DNA of 63,448 nucleotides from Corallochytrium limacisporum Hawaii (taxonomy: Eukaryota; Protista; Pluriformea), in the NCBI GenBank assembly GCA_002811645.1, contig PDIP01000107.1, forward strand, positions 1 to 63,448, read 5' to 3'. Below are positions 12,163-20,616 of this stretch, in pieces. The first letter of the stretch is position 1, and each line of letters opens with the position of its first letter. The translations under genes and the position numbers were made by a program. The notes beneath the pieces are model-generated. The model was not told the origin of the DNA. It saw nothing but the letters and a program-made list of their open reading frames with translations, and did not search any database.

Positions 12163-13988
12163 GATAGTGCTTTCGAATCAGTCGTTTCCCTTTAATTCGG
12201 TTGAATTGGATTGAATGGAAGTAAGAAAAGAAGGTGGGAAAATGAAACCTTCTAAATCATGGTGAATGGATTGACTCTCACTCACTTTACTCCCTTTCCT
12301 TTGTCTGTCTCTTGACGTCGCTTTTCGCAAATTGCAAACGAACCGTACTCTCTCTCTCTCTGTGTATCAGTATGGTATTAGTGTCACGATCGACGAACAT
12401 CGACAGTCTTGTACCACGAAGCACGTCACCTTTTCAATGGGCCCAGCGGGCTGAGGGAAACGTCGGCCGGAGCAGCTTGAAAGTTTGTGGCTGTTTTGCC
12501 GTTCCCTTGGCTGGGGCGTGGAGAAGGCTCGCGCCGGGAGGGGGGTTGGGCAGCTCTTCCTTCTCGGCCGAGAGCAAAAGGCGAAGTGAGACCTTCTCAC
12601 CGTTCCCGTCATCACATCCCCCTCAGCGCTCCTCCCTTGGTCTCCCACTGACTCCCTGGGACCCCTCTTTGGCCCCCTTTGTTGCGTCCCTGGCCCCCAG
12701 TCAGTAGTGGCTCCGTAGCCCATGTGGGTGGGTTTCGGAAGGGGACGAGAAAGCGGTACCAGTCCCCCCCCCCACCCAAAGGAAAAAAAAAAGAAAAGAA
12801 ATCAATTAACAAATCGGATCCCAGCTTGGGCAGATATCATGAGGGCGTGCGTGGGTCATTGAGCGCGAACGGGCTTAAAAGCCACAGAGGGGGAGGGGGG
12901 GCGCAGACAAAAGTGGATCAAGAAACTGGGCCAGAGGTCACTCACAGGACCAGCACTTGGAAGGGGCCAATGGAACCGAACTGTTCGTTCGGTGGGGGTA
13001 CGTTTGAGCAAAAAGGCCAAAAGAAAGGAGGCAGAAACAGTAATCCGCTTCCACCGATTGAAGACTCATATTAGAATTTACACAAATGAATGACGATTTT
13101 CCGTTTGGTCCCCGTGTTGCAAGTCTTCCCCCTTAATTTCCTTCCGGAACAGCGCTCTCTCCTCCTTCCCGCACCACCCCCAAACCGATGAAGCAAACCG
13201 GGAAGGGAGGGGACCAGTCGGGATGGCCGTCCCCCGCCGTGGTCTCGTTGGGCCAAGCTATGAATAGTTTTACTGTGGTAGTTTGAGAGAAGTCCCGGAT
13301 ATAATTCTGCGGACTTTTTTTCCTGGGGTAGGAGAAACACCCTTGGATCTCACCTTCCCCTGGCCTCCTGTCGGTGATCGCGCATCATCCGCAGTCGCCC
13401 TAATCATTGCTTTTTGCTTTGAATTTGGTTTAAGAAGTGCTGAAAGAGGCCGATTCCTCGGATGTTCCAGCGATCGATCAGAAGATCAAAAGGTGCTGGG
13501 GATTCATCAGATCCCACAAGAAAACAAAACTGTCTACCTGTAAACTTGGAAAGTTTCGCAAACGCGCAGTCGTGGTCGTAGTTATTGACACTGTTCTGCC
13601 GGTGTGCTCTTCCGTCCTGGTTTTGTCATCGGGTGAGAACCCGGTCAGCCTAAGCTTGTTGGTTGTCCTGGTAGATGGAGGGTCCGTTGGTGGTGGAAAA
13701 TCTATATGTGGCCAAAGAGAAAAGCTTGGTCCCCCTCTCCCCCAAGGTTTACGCAGCACATCCCACGGAAACGGCCAAGCCGTGGTTAGGGATGACAAAC
13801 GACCCAACTACCAGATGTACTTCCTGCTGCATGTCGTAAAGAACGAATTTTCTGTCCGTCAACAGACTTTGCACAACATGTAGACGAGATGCGGTCAGGA
13901 GATGGTAGTTTAATGCGTGGATCTCTTGATTCTGAACAGAGTGCAGGGCCACGAGAGCACCGAAGATGTATCAGGCCACTGAAACAGA

Positions 13989-14744
13989 ATGAAACTGAAC
14001 TGGAGAAACGTAAAGAAAGTCTGGAACGGAGAGATCCCGACCAACGTACCACTGGACGTGCCAAATCTCATTAGCTTCAAAGATGAGACCTACTACAAAT
14101 ACTATGGAATTACCCTGATCCCATTCATGTGGGTGTTTAGCTTTGGACCTCGTTTCTTTGGCCGCCTCACAAAGACGGTGCATGGACCAGGACTGCTTAA
14201 CTGGGACCACCTCATCCTTGTGCGTTATCCCCATCACTGGTACATGCTGTTTATGATATTTAACCCCATATACATGTTCATCAGCGACTGGTTCCGCACG
14301 AGGGGCACTAAGTGGATCTCCATCCAGTGGACCACTCCCATTGTCGATCGGCAAGATCGGCTCAAGCAAGCTGACGGCCTGATCGGTGTCCACATGCGCC
14401 CGAATGCATCCGGCAACTCCATCCGTCAGCTAGAAAGTGTGTGCCTGAAGCGCAACCTGGAGGTTGTTTACTTGAGCAAACCGTACGCACCGGGTAGTCT
14501 TCCGATCATCGAAAAGCCTGGACGCCATGGTCCTCATGCACCAACGCACAAGATCCTTGCCTGCCTTCGCCCTCTGAGCCCAAGCATCAGTGCGAGTGGT
14601 CTATCCTCTGTCGCTGAGGACGCCTTGAAAGATCTCTTGACCTGCGTTGACAACCCGAACGACATGATTGTCAACATCTACGAGACGCGCAACCCGACAA
14701 CTCTCGGTAAGGCGACCATCCCTGCCAAGACCAAGGCTGCGTAA
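13989..14744 (+). CDS. Hypothetical protein with an N-terminal DUF1330-like (dimeric alpha/beta barrel) domain
   Basis: 251-aa ORF with coding-like codon use. The pattern NLISFKD..Y..YG....P...G.....WD.LILVRYP.....M..NP.Y resembles bacterial DUF1330 proteins (by eye). Confidence 0.6.
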   Translation: MKLNWRNVKKVWNGEIPTNVPLDVPNLISFKDETYYKYYGITLIPFMWVFSFGPRFFGRLTKTVHGPGLLNWDHLILVRYPHHWYMLFMIFNPIYMFISDWFRTRGTKWISIQWTTPIVDRQDRLKQADGLIGVHMRPNASGNSIRQLESVCLKRNLEVVYLSKPYAPGSLPIIEKPGRHGPHAPTHKILACLRPLSPSISASGLSSVAEDALKDLLTCVDNPNDMIVNIYETRNPTTLGKATIPAKTKAA

Positions 14745-15238
14745 TCAAAGAGTTGGCATGAACTCGTGACACAAAAGCATCATTCACCACCATAAACTCT
14801 GTCTAAACAGACTTTTAGTAAGAGCACACTATGCCACCAATAGAGTAAACGTGACGTTTTCGTGACCCCTTTGATCCGGACCCTTATCCTACCCGAAGGG
14901 ATACAACAGGCACACTGAACACGGGATCGAAAGGCGGGCAAGAGAGTCAGTCCCCCCATCCCAAGGAAAGGGAGGAAGGGGGGGGAAAGGAGCTGGGCCA
15001 GGGGGTTTGTTTCCCTGTCAATGTTTTTCGGCGCGCAAAAGACCGACGCCGAGTCTCCCTTGCGTCCGTGCTTTGGGAGACTCCATTTTGAGGATAGGGT
15101 GTCAGTGCTTCGGCTCCTGTGTAAAGGTCATTGAAATGCAGTTGTTGATGATCGTCCATGACAGTGGGTAATTCAATTCATGGAAAAACAGACGCAAGTT
15201 AGGCGCATCCGCATGGAACTTTGACGACTGTTCGCACT

Positions 15239-16636
15239 ATGGAGTCTGTGTGGGAGACCGTCTCTGAGACGGTGAACGACCTGTTGGAGACGTACATTAC
15301 TGGGCCTGGACCTATACTCGTTTGGTTTGACGCAGATTTTGGCGCTTTGAGTCTGACGGGACTTGACATCGATGATGAAATGGCCTTCCTCTATTTGCTA
15401 GGTGCGCATCTCGATCCATCGATTCCTGTGCGGATCTTGGGCGTCAGTGCCGCCGCAGGCAATGTATCGCAGGCCCAGTCAGTGCGTAGTTTGGAGCGTT
15501 TGAAGAGTTTAGTGGATCTTTCGCCAGAAATCAAATTCGTCACCCAAGCCAACCCTCACTGGGCCGGTGTGGAGATTGCAGCTCACATCTCCAGCGCTGA
15601 CCGCGCTGTGACATTTGTATCGGTGGGTTCACTGGGGAATCTTGCTGCCGCCCTTGATTCGGTGGCCGGGGACGCAGAAATCCGTCTGAAAAAGCGTCTG
15701 AGGCGTCTGCTTTGGATGGGTGGCGACGTTAACCAGGGCCCGTACGGTATCGACTTGAACTCATCGTCTTCCGGCCCGGAAGCAATGTCCACGGTCCTAC
15801 GTAAAGGACCAAGAGATCGCACCTTTGTGACCAAGGATTTCTGTCTGCAAATTACCCTGCCTCGGTCTAGCATTGATACCGAATTAAGAGCAGCCTGTCA
15901 CTGCGATGGGAAAGCCGAAACAGTTATCGACAAGCAGACGGGAGAGCGGACGGTCATTGAGCGAGAGCCGAGCGCGATGTGTGCTCTGCTGAACCGTATG
16001 CATAATCACATTGATTTCGCGCAAAGGTCGATGAATGTCAACTACGTGAATCGCAAATTGATCTCAGCCAACCTGACGGCTGCGGAGGGCAGCATGATCC
16101 CCTGGGATATAACTGCAGTTGCGCTGTTGATTGAAGACATCCAACCGTCCACGAACGCGACCCACGGGCCACCAGCATTACCAACCTGGACGCTGGCGCA
16201 CGGCTGGATGACGGCGGACGTCCAGTCGCGCCTGCACATGACCAAATTCGTCGAACCCAGCGACGTGATCACAGCCTCCGGATCGACACTCATGCCCGAG
16301 GGCACGAATCGAGTCAATATACCGGTTGCGCTGAATAGTTCGGAGCAAGAGCTCCGGGCGCGAATGTATGAAAAGATTTGCCGCGTACCGTGCAGCGATG
16401 CCATGTTGCCGTGGTGCAAAGGGGAGGTCACAGTCAAGAGTGTGCCGGCCATGCTTGCCGATTCCTACGGTCTGACATCAATAATGGGAGTAGACGCTCT
16501 GGACACGTCAGGAGCGCCGTCCCTATTCCATGCCGGATTTTACGATCCCCTGGAATGCGTTTGGGTACTTATCTGGATGTGGCCCGTCCTCGTGCTGCTA
16601 AGGACCATGTTCCAACTGATCAAGGGTGCGAACTAG
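15239..16636 (+). CDS. Divergent nucleoside hydrolase (IU-NH fold) with a hydrophobic C-terminal tail
   Basis: WFDADFG...DIDD Asp cluster, GVSAAAGN, VGSLGNLA, LLWMGG, PWDITAVA. First ATG is at 15239 (the ORF track starts at TTG 15221). Confidence 0.75.
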   Translation: MESVWETVSETVNDLLETYITGPGPILVWFDADFGALSLTGLDIDDEMAFLYLLGAHLDPSIPVRILGVSAAAGNVSQAQSVRSLERLKSLVDLSPEIKFVTQANPHWAGVEIAAHISSADRAVTFVSVGSLGNLAAALDSVAGDAEIRLKKRLRRLLWMGGDVNQGPYGIDLNSSSSGPEAMSTVLRKGPRDRTFVTKDFCLQITLPRSSIDTELRAACHCDGKAETVIDKQTGERTVIEREPSAMCALLNRMHNHIDFAQRSMNVNYVNRKLISANLTAAEGSMIPWDITAVALLIEDIQPSTNATHGPPALPTWTLAHGWMTADVQSRLHMTKFVEPSDVITASGSTLMPEGTNRVNIPVALNSSEQELRARMYEKICRVPCSDAMLPWCKGEVTVKSVPAMLADSYGLTSIMGVDALDTSGAPSLFHAGFYDPLECVWVLIWMWPVLVLLRTMFQLIKGAN

Positions 16637-16697
16637 AAACGAACGGAGTCTTGATTTAGTAAACACTCTATTCAAGTGAATATGTTACGGTGCGACC

Positions 16698-17858
16698 TTA
16701 TGACTTTCTTGACCGCTTGGTCTGTGCGCGTTTGGCAGCACTACCAGCACTGGCCTCCGGAGGCTGCGGCTCATCACTACCGCGTTTCAACCCTTCATTG
16801 CCTTCTGTCCCTTTGATGGTGGCATTGTTGTCGAAATCATCGTCCTTATTGGCTTCAACAGTGCCACTATTGCCATTGCCAAAGTCCCGATGTTTGATAT
16901 GATCAACCAGTCGGAGCAGGAATTGCCTTTCTTCCTGCAGCTTCCTTATCCGGCCTTCCGCATCGGCAGTTTTCTTCTCAAATTTAGTCAATTGCTCCTC
17001 CAGGAGCAACTGTTTCTCCCGCCGCCGGCGGCGGAACCGCGCCGATGCCGCCGTGTTACGTTCGCGACGGTCGATCTTGTACGCTTCCTTCGGGTCAAGG
17101 CCCTCCCTGTTTTTTGCATCTGAAGCCGCCGCTGTCACCCCGGTGACTATTCCTGGACCAGTGTGGGCTCCTGGGGCTGTCCCTCCGGCCGTTGCAGCGC
17201 TGCTGTCGCCCGACATCGTAGCCGCAGCCGTGTACATGTTCTGCATCATTTGTGCAAACTGCATAGGGGTCATGCCAGGCATCATAGGTAGCATCGGGAA
17301 CCCTCCCGCTGTTCCAGATATTCCAGCCGCTCCTGCACCAGCCGCTGCCGCTGCTGCCGCTGCTGCACTATTCATATCCACCGGGCCTGTTGCTCCTGGA
17401 CCGTTACGCCCCGCAGCTCCGCCCAAAGCGCCCGCAGGCAAAATTGGCGGCTGCGCTGCAGCAGTGCCACCCGGAGCAGGCAGGACTGCGGTCGGCTGCT
17501 TCTGTTTCGATTTCTGCGCCGTCGAAGTAGCAGCTGCGAGAAGTTGCCGCTGCTGCTGTGACGAGAGTGCAGGTGACGAATCCGCTGACCCAACGAATGG
17601 ATCCACGTAATATGGGTGCGTGGAAGGGAAGAGGGAAGGCATTGTTGCGAGGTTCTCTGCGCTAGTACCTTTTTTCGCTGACACCGGTCCGTTTGCTCCC
17701 CCATTCGGTGTCTTCACCTTTTTCGTGCCCGCAGGGACCACTGGCGGTCGAACACTTTCGGCATTGATCCCTGTCTTCTCACCAAGCTCCCGGTAGAACT
17801 CCTCGTCCGCAGTGGACGGCACTCCGGCGCTTGCTTTTCGTGAATTTTTTGGCGGCAT
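16698..17858 (-). CDS. bZIP transcription factor with a CYS-3/MetR/Zip1-like basic region
   Basis: DRRERNTAASARFRRRRREK followed by a heptad zipper (LEEQLTKFEKKTADAEGRIRKLQEERQFL); Ala/Gly/Met-rich low-complexity N-terminal half. First ATG at 17858. Confidence 0.9.
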   Translation of the reverse strand: MPPKNSRKASAGVPSTADEEFYRELGEKTGINAESVRPPVVPAGTKKVKTPNGGANGPVSAKKGTSAENLATMPSLFPSTHPYYVDPFVGSADSSPALSSQQQRQLLAAATSTAQKSKQKQPTAVLPAPGGTAAAQPPILPAGALGGAAGRNGPGATGPVDMNSAAAAAAAAAGAGAAGISGTAGGFPMLPMMPGMTPMQFAQMMQNMYTAAATMSGDSSAATAGGTAPGAHTGPGIVTGVTAAASDAKNREGLDPKEAYKIDRRERNTAASARFRRRRREKQLLLEEQLTKFEKKTADAEGRIRKLQEERQFLLRLVDHIKHRDFGNGNSGTVEANKDDDFDNNATIKGTEGNEGLKRGSDEPQPPEASAGSAAKRAQTKRSRKS

Positions 17859-18981
17859 ATTTGTCAAACTGGAGAATGGGTGCCGTCTTCTTTCTTTTGG
17901 TTTAATTCATAGCACGATCCATGATCTTTGTTGGTTTTGACCATGGGAACAAACACTTGGGATCACCGATACCCAAAATTGGGTTCCATGTTCCGTCGAA
18001 TGGCCGAATGGGTATACTTTCCTTACTACTTTGTTTCCCTTCTTACAGCTGGTGTGGTCGTTGATCTCTTGTACTGACCGTCCAACAGCGTTCTGTTTCT
18101 CACTGAGATCGCACGGAGTGTTGAGGGTGTGCGATGCGCAAGTGTGAAGCCCAAGGCGTAGGAACTGTTATACCTGCCTATGACTAGTACACGTAGATAA
18201 AGATTTGCCTGGACGTTATTACTAAGAAAGGTGTCAGTCGGTCTTGACAGCATGCGGAAGCAAAGAGAACTGCGCACTAAGCATGTCCCGTATGACGGTT
18301 GATGCGCGGATTGATTTCTGGAAATGGTCCGGCCAAGTTGGAATCGCCTTCCGTGGCCGGCCGGCCCCGCTGTGGGAAATGGACCCACAGAGTAGTTCCC
18401 GCACGAGATCCACTCGCGCAGGAAGGTTTACTACTACCACGGAGGATGTAAAAGGTCTCCTACTCTGCTGAGAACTGGAAGGGACGAAACTGGAATATGG
18501 CCCATATTTCAAATTTAAAATGAATCAGAGAAAATTTCATATAAATGTATATCTTAAAGTGTCTGAATTTATAGAAAATAGAATATAGTATGTTCCACAT
18601 TTAGGTATTCCTGGGATTAAAGAGATGTTTATTTGATTTATTTTGTTGACATTTGTCCTACATATTGAGCACATAGGAGTCCGCCCCAAAGGTATGCTGA
18701 TTGGCCGTGCGGCCGAGACGGGGTCCTCTCGCCCGACATCCCCAAAAGGCAGGAAAATGAGAGTGTTGAAAAAACGTGTGGTGGCCGCTTTCCCACTTAT
18801 CACGGCTAGGGACCACAAGATAAGCCAAAAAAGCGTACACACGCACACATCCCGACGTTGTCTGGTGTTTAAGATTTTGTCGGACGCCTGACACTGTATT
18901 TGTGTATTCAATCATTTTGACATGGAAATATAACTGAAGCAGTGGGATTTGCGTTGGCAGTAGCTTTTAAAGTTTTCAAAC

Positions 18982-19605
18982 ATGGGTTTCTTTGCCGAAC
19001 ATTTCCTCAAACTCGAGGACTGGTTGGCTGTTGGTGTCATCTTGGGTGCTCCTATCGTAGCTTTCTATGTGTTCATGGAGAAAGTTAGGCCGCAGACTGT
19101 GCAGGCGAAGAACACTCTGTACTCTTGGACTATGTTCTGGTTGATCTTGTCGGGGATGGTACACATCGTTATTGAAGGCGCCTTCGTCTTTTGGCGTGAT
19201 ATGCCCTATCTGTCACCGGGCATGGATCAATACGGGGCCGGTGACTTCCGGTATAAGAACCCCATGGAACCCGGTACATGGTCGATGGAAGTTATTACTG
19301 CGGTGTTGGACGGGCCTCTTTGCCTGATGACTGTATACGCTGCCGTGTTTGGTCTCAGTTGGCGTCACATCACTCAGGCTTCGGTTTGTCTCATGCAGCT
19401 TTACGGTCTGATGTGGTTCTGTTTGCATGCCATCGCTCCCCAGAACAAGGAGCCGCACATGAGCGACGATCCGTTTTTGTTCTGGGTTATTGCCGTCGGC
19501 TTCAACGCTCCTTGGAGCATTGTGCCGGTCATTTTGTTTATTGACAGCATCAAGCATCTTAACGAGGGTATGAAAGCCTCACTGAAGGCAGGAAAAACTG
19601 CGTGA
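18982..19605 (+). CDS. EXPERA-domain ER membrane protein (emopamil-binding protein / sterol isomerase-like, EBP/EBPL family)
   Basis: HIVIEGAF, YGAGDFRY, MEVITAVLDGPLCL, QLYG, FNAPWSIVP, multiple TM segments, Lys-containing C-terminus. Confidence 0.88.
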   Translation: MGFFAEHFLKLEDWLAVGVILGAPIVAFYVFMEKVRPQTVQAKNTLYSWTMFWLILSGMVHIVIEGAFVFWRDMPYLSPGMDQYGAGDFRYKNPMEPGTWSMEVITAVLDGPLCLMTVYAAVFGLSWRHITQASVCLMQLYGLMWFCLHAIAPQNKEPHMSDDPFLFWVIAVGFNAPWSIVPVILFIDSIKHLNEGMKASLKAGKTA

Positions 19606-20199
19606 GGTCATCAGTTCACTCAGGAAAGGATTGTTGATAGGTATCGTCGTTTTCCTATACCATCATCACAGCCCATGTTCCATGATCATCCATGCCCACT
19701 TTGCACTGAGCCAAAAGTCCCAACTTTATGGGGTCTCATCCGTCAAATTCAATAAATAAGTTCTGTACTAAGAAATGAAACATGAACGGTGAGTGTTTGT
19801 GTAGGTCCAATTCCTTCGGCACCGACACTACCGTTCGCTATTATGGCGGGCTTCGTTGTTCCCTGTAATAATGAGGGGATCAGTTCAATTGCCCGACGGC
19901 CGCCATAGCGGGCAAAAAGGAGGAAAGAGGGGAAAGGGTGGTGGTCCACGGTACCCAACCGGACACCGTCCGAGCGGCTTCAAGAGGTAGAAGAACTGAT
20001 ATTGGGCATGATGAGGTTTGTGGTACTTTTTGATCCTCAAGGCTTTCCCTAGCAAAACAACGGGATCAGAGTGTTTGTGACCAATAACGTCAATATCGGT
20101 CGTATCGGTTGAGGATCGAGAGCTTCACACTTAAGACACAGGGTCATGGTTGGACATCCACTATACCGGTTGAAGGACGACGAGCCGGGGAATTAAGCC

Positions 20200-20595
20200 A
20201 TGGAGGAAAACACGAACAACCATGGTTTCATTACCACTTGTGCAGAGGGCGATATCCTGACCAAACAGGGAGACTACCGCAAGGCTGTCGAGGCTTATTC
20301 GCAGGCGTTGGAGATAACAAAAGACGAGGTATGCTACACCTCTCGAGGTCGGAACCACCTTCACCTGGGCAATCCTGAGGCTGCTTTGGAGGACGCAGAG
20401 GCCGCCCTCAAAGAGGATAAGAAGTTTATTTTCTTTATAGAGAGTGACCTACTGTTGCACTCTCATTGTATAGTACAAAACCCGGGACCTATGGAACCCC
20501 TCTCCAATCACGTAGTTGTGGTCGTGGTAACCGCTGCAGTAGCCATTGCACCACTCTTCGACAGTTCTTTCTCTGATGCATGTTTTGGTTTTTGA
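20200..20595 (+). pseudogene. TTC25: Truncated TTC25/ODAD4-like TPR gene fragment (outer dynein arm docking); homology ends near 20430
   Basis: aa 10-77 (F....AEGD.L.KQGDYRKAVEAYSQAL....D..C...R...L.LG..EAALEDAEAALKED..F) align with the ODAD4 N-terminal TPRs. After this the ORF becomes non-homologous and runs to within 21 bp of the convergent gene's stop. Confidence 0.6.
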
Positions 20596-20616
20596 GACTG
20601 CTTCTCCTGTCTTGCC

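Noticed and set aside
13437-13883. 148-aa ORF upstream of the DUF1330-like gene as a separate gene or first exon
   Set aside because: GTG start, no recognisable motif and no convincing splice signals.
19855-19892. Minus-strand ttgaactgatc...cagggaa resembling the 3' half of a TPP riboswitch
   Set aside because: Lacks the CUGAGA and other 5' core elements, and is not next to a thiamine gene.
20424-20440. gtttattttctttatag as a 17-nt micro-intron that might rescue TTC25
   Set aside because: Removing it does not restore ODAD4-like sequence downstream, and no room remains before the convergent gene.
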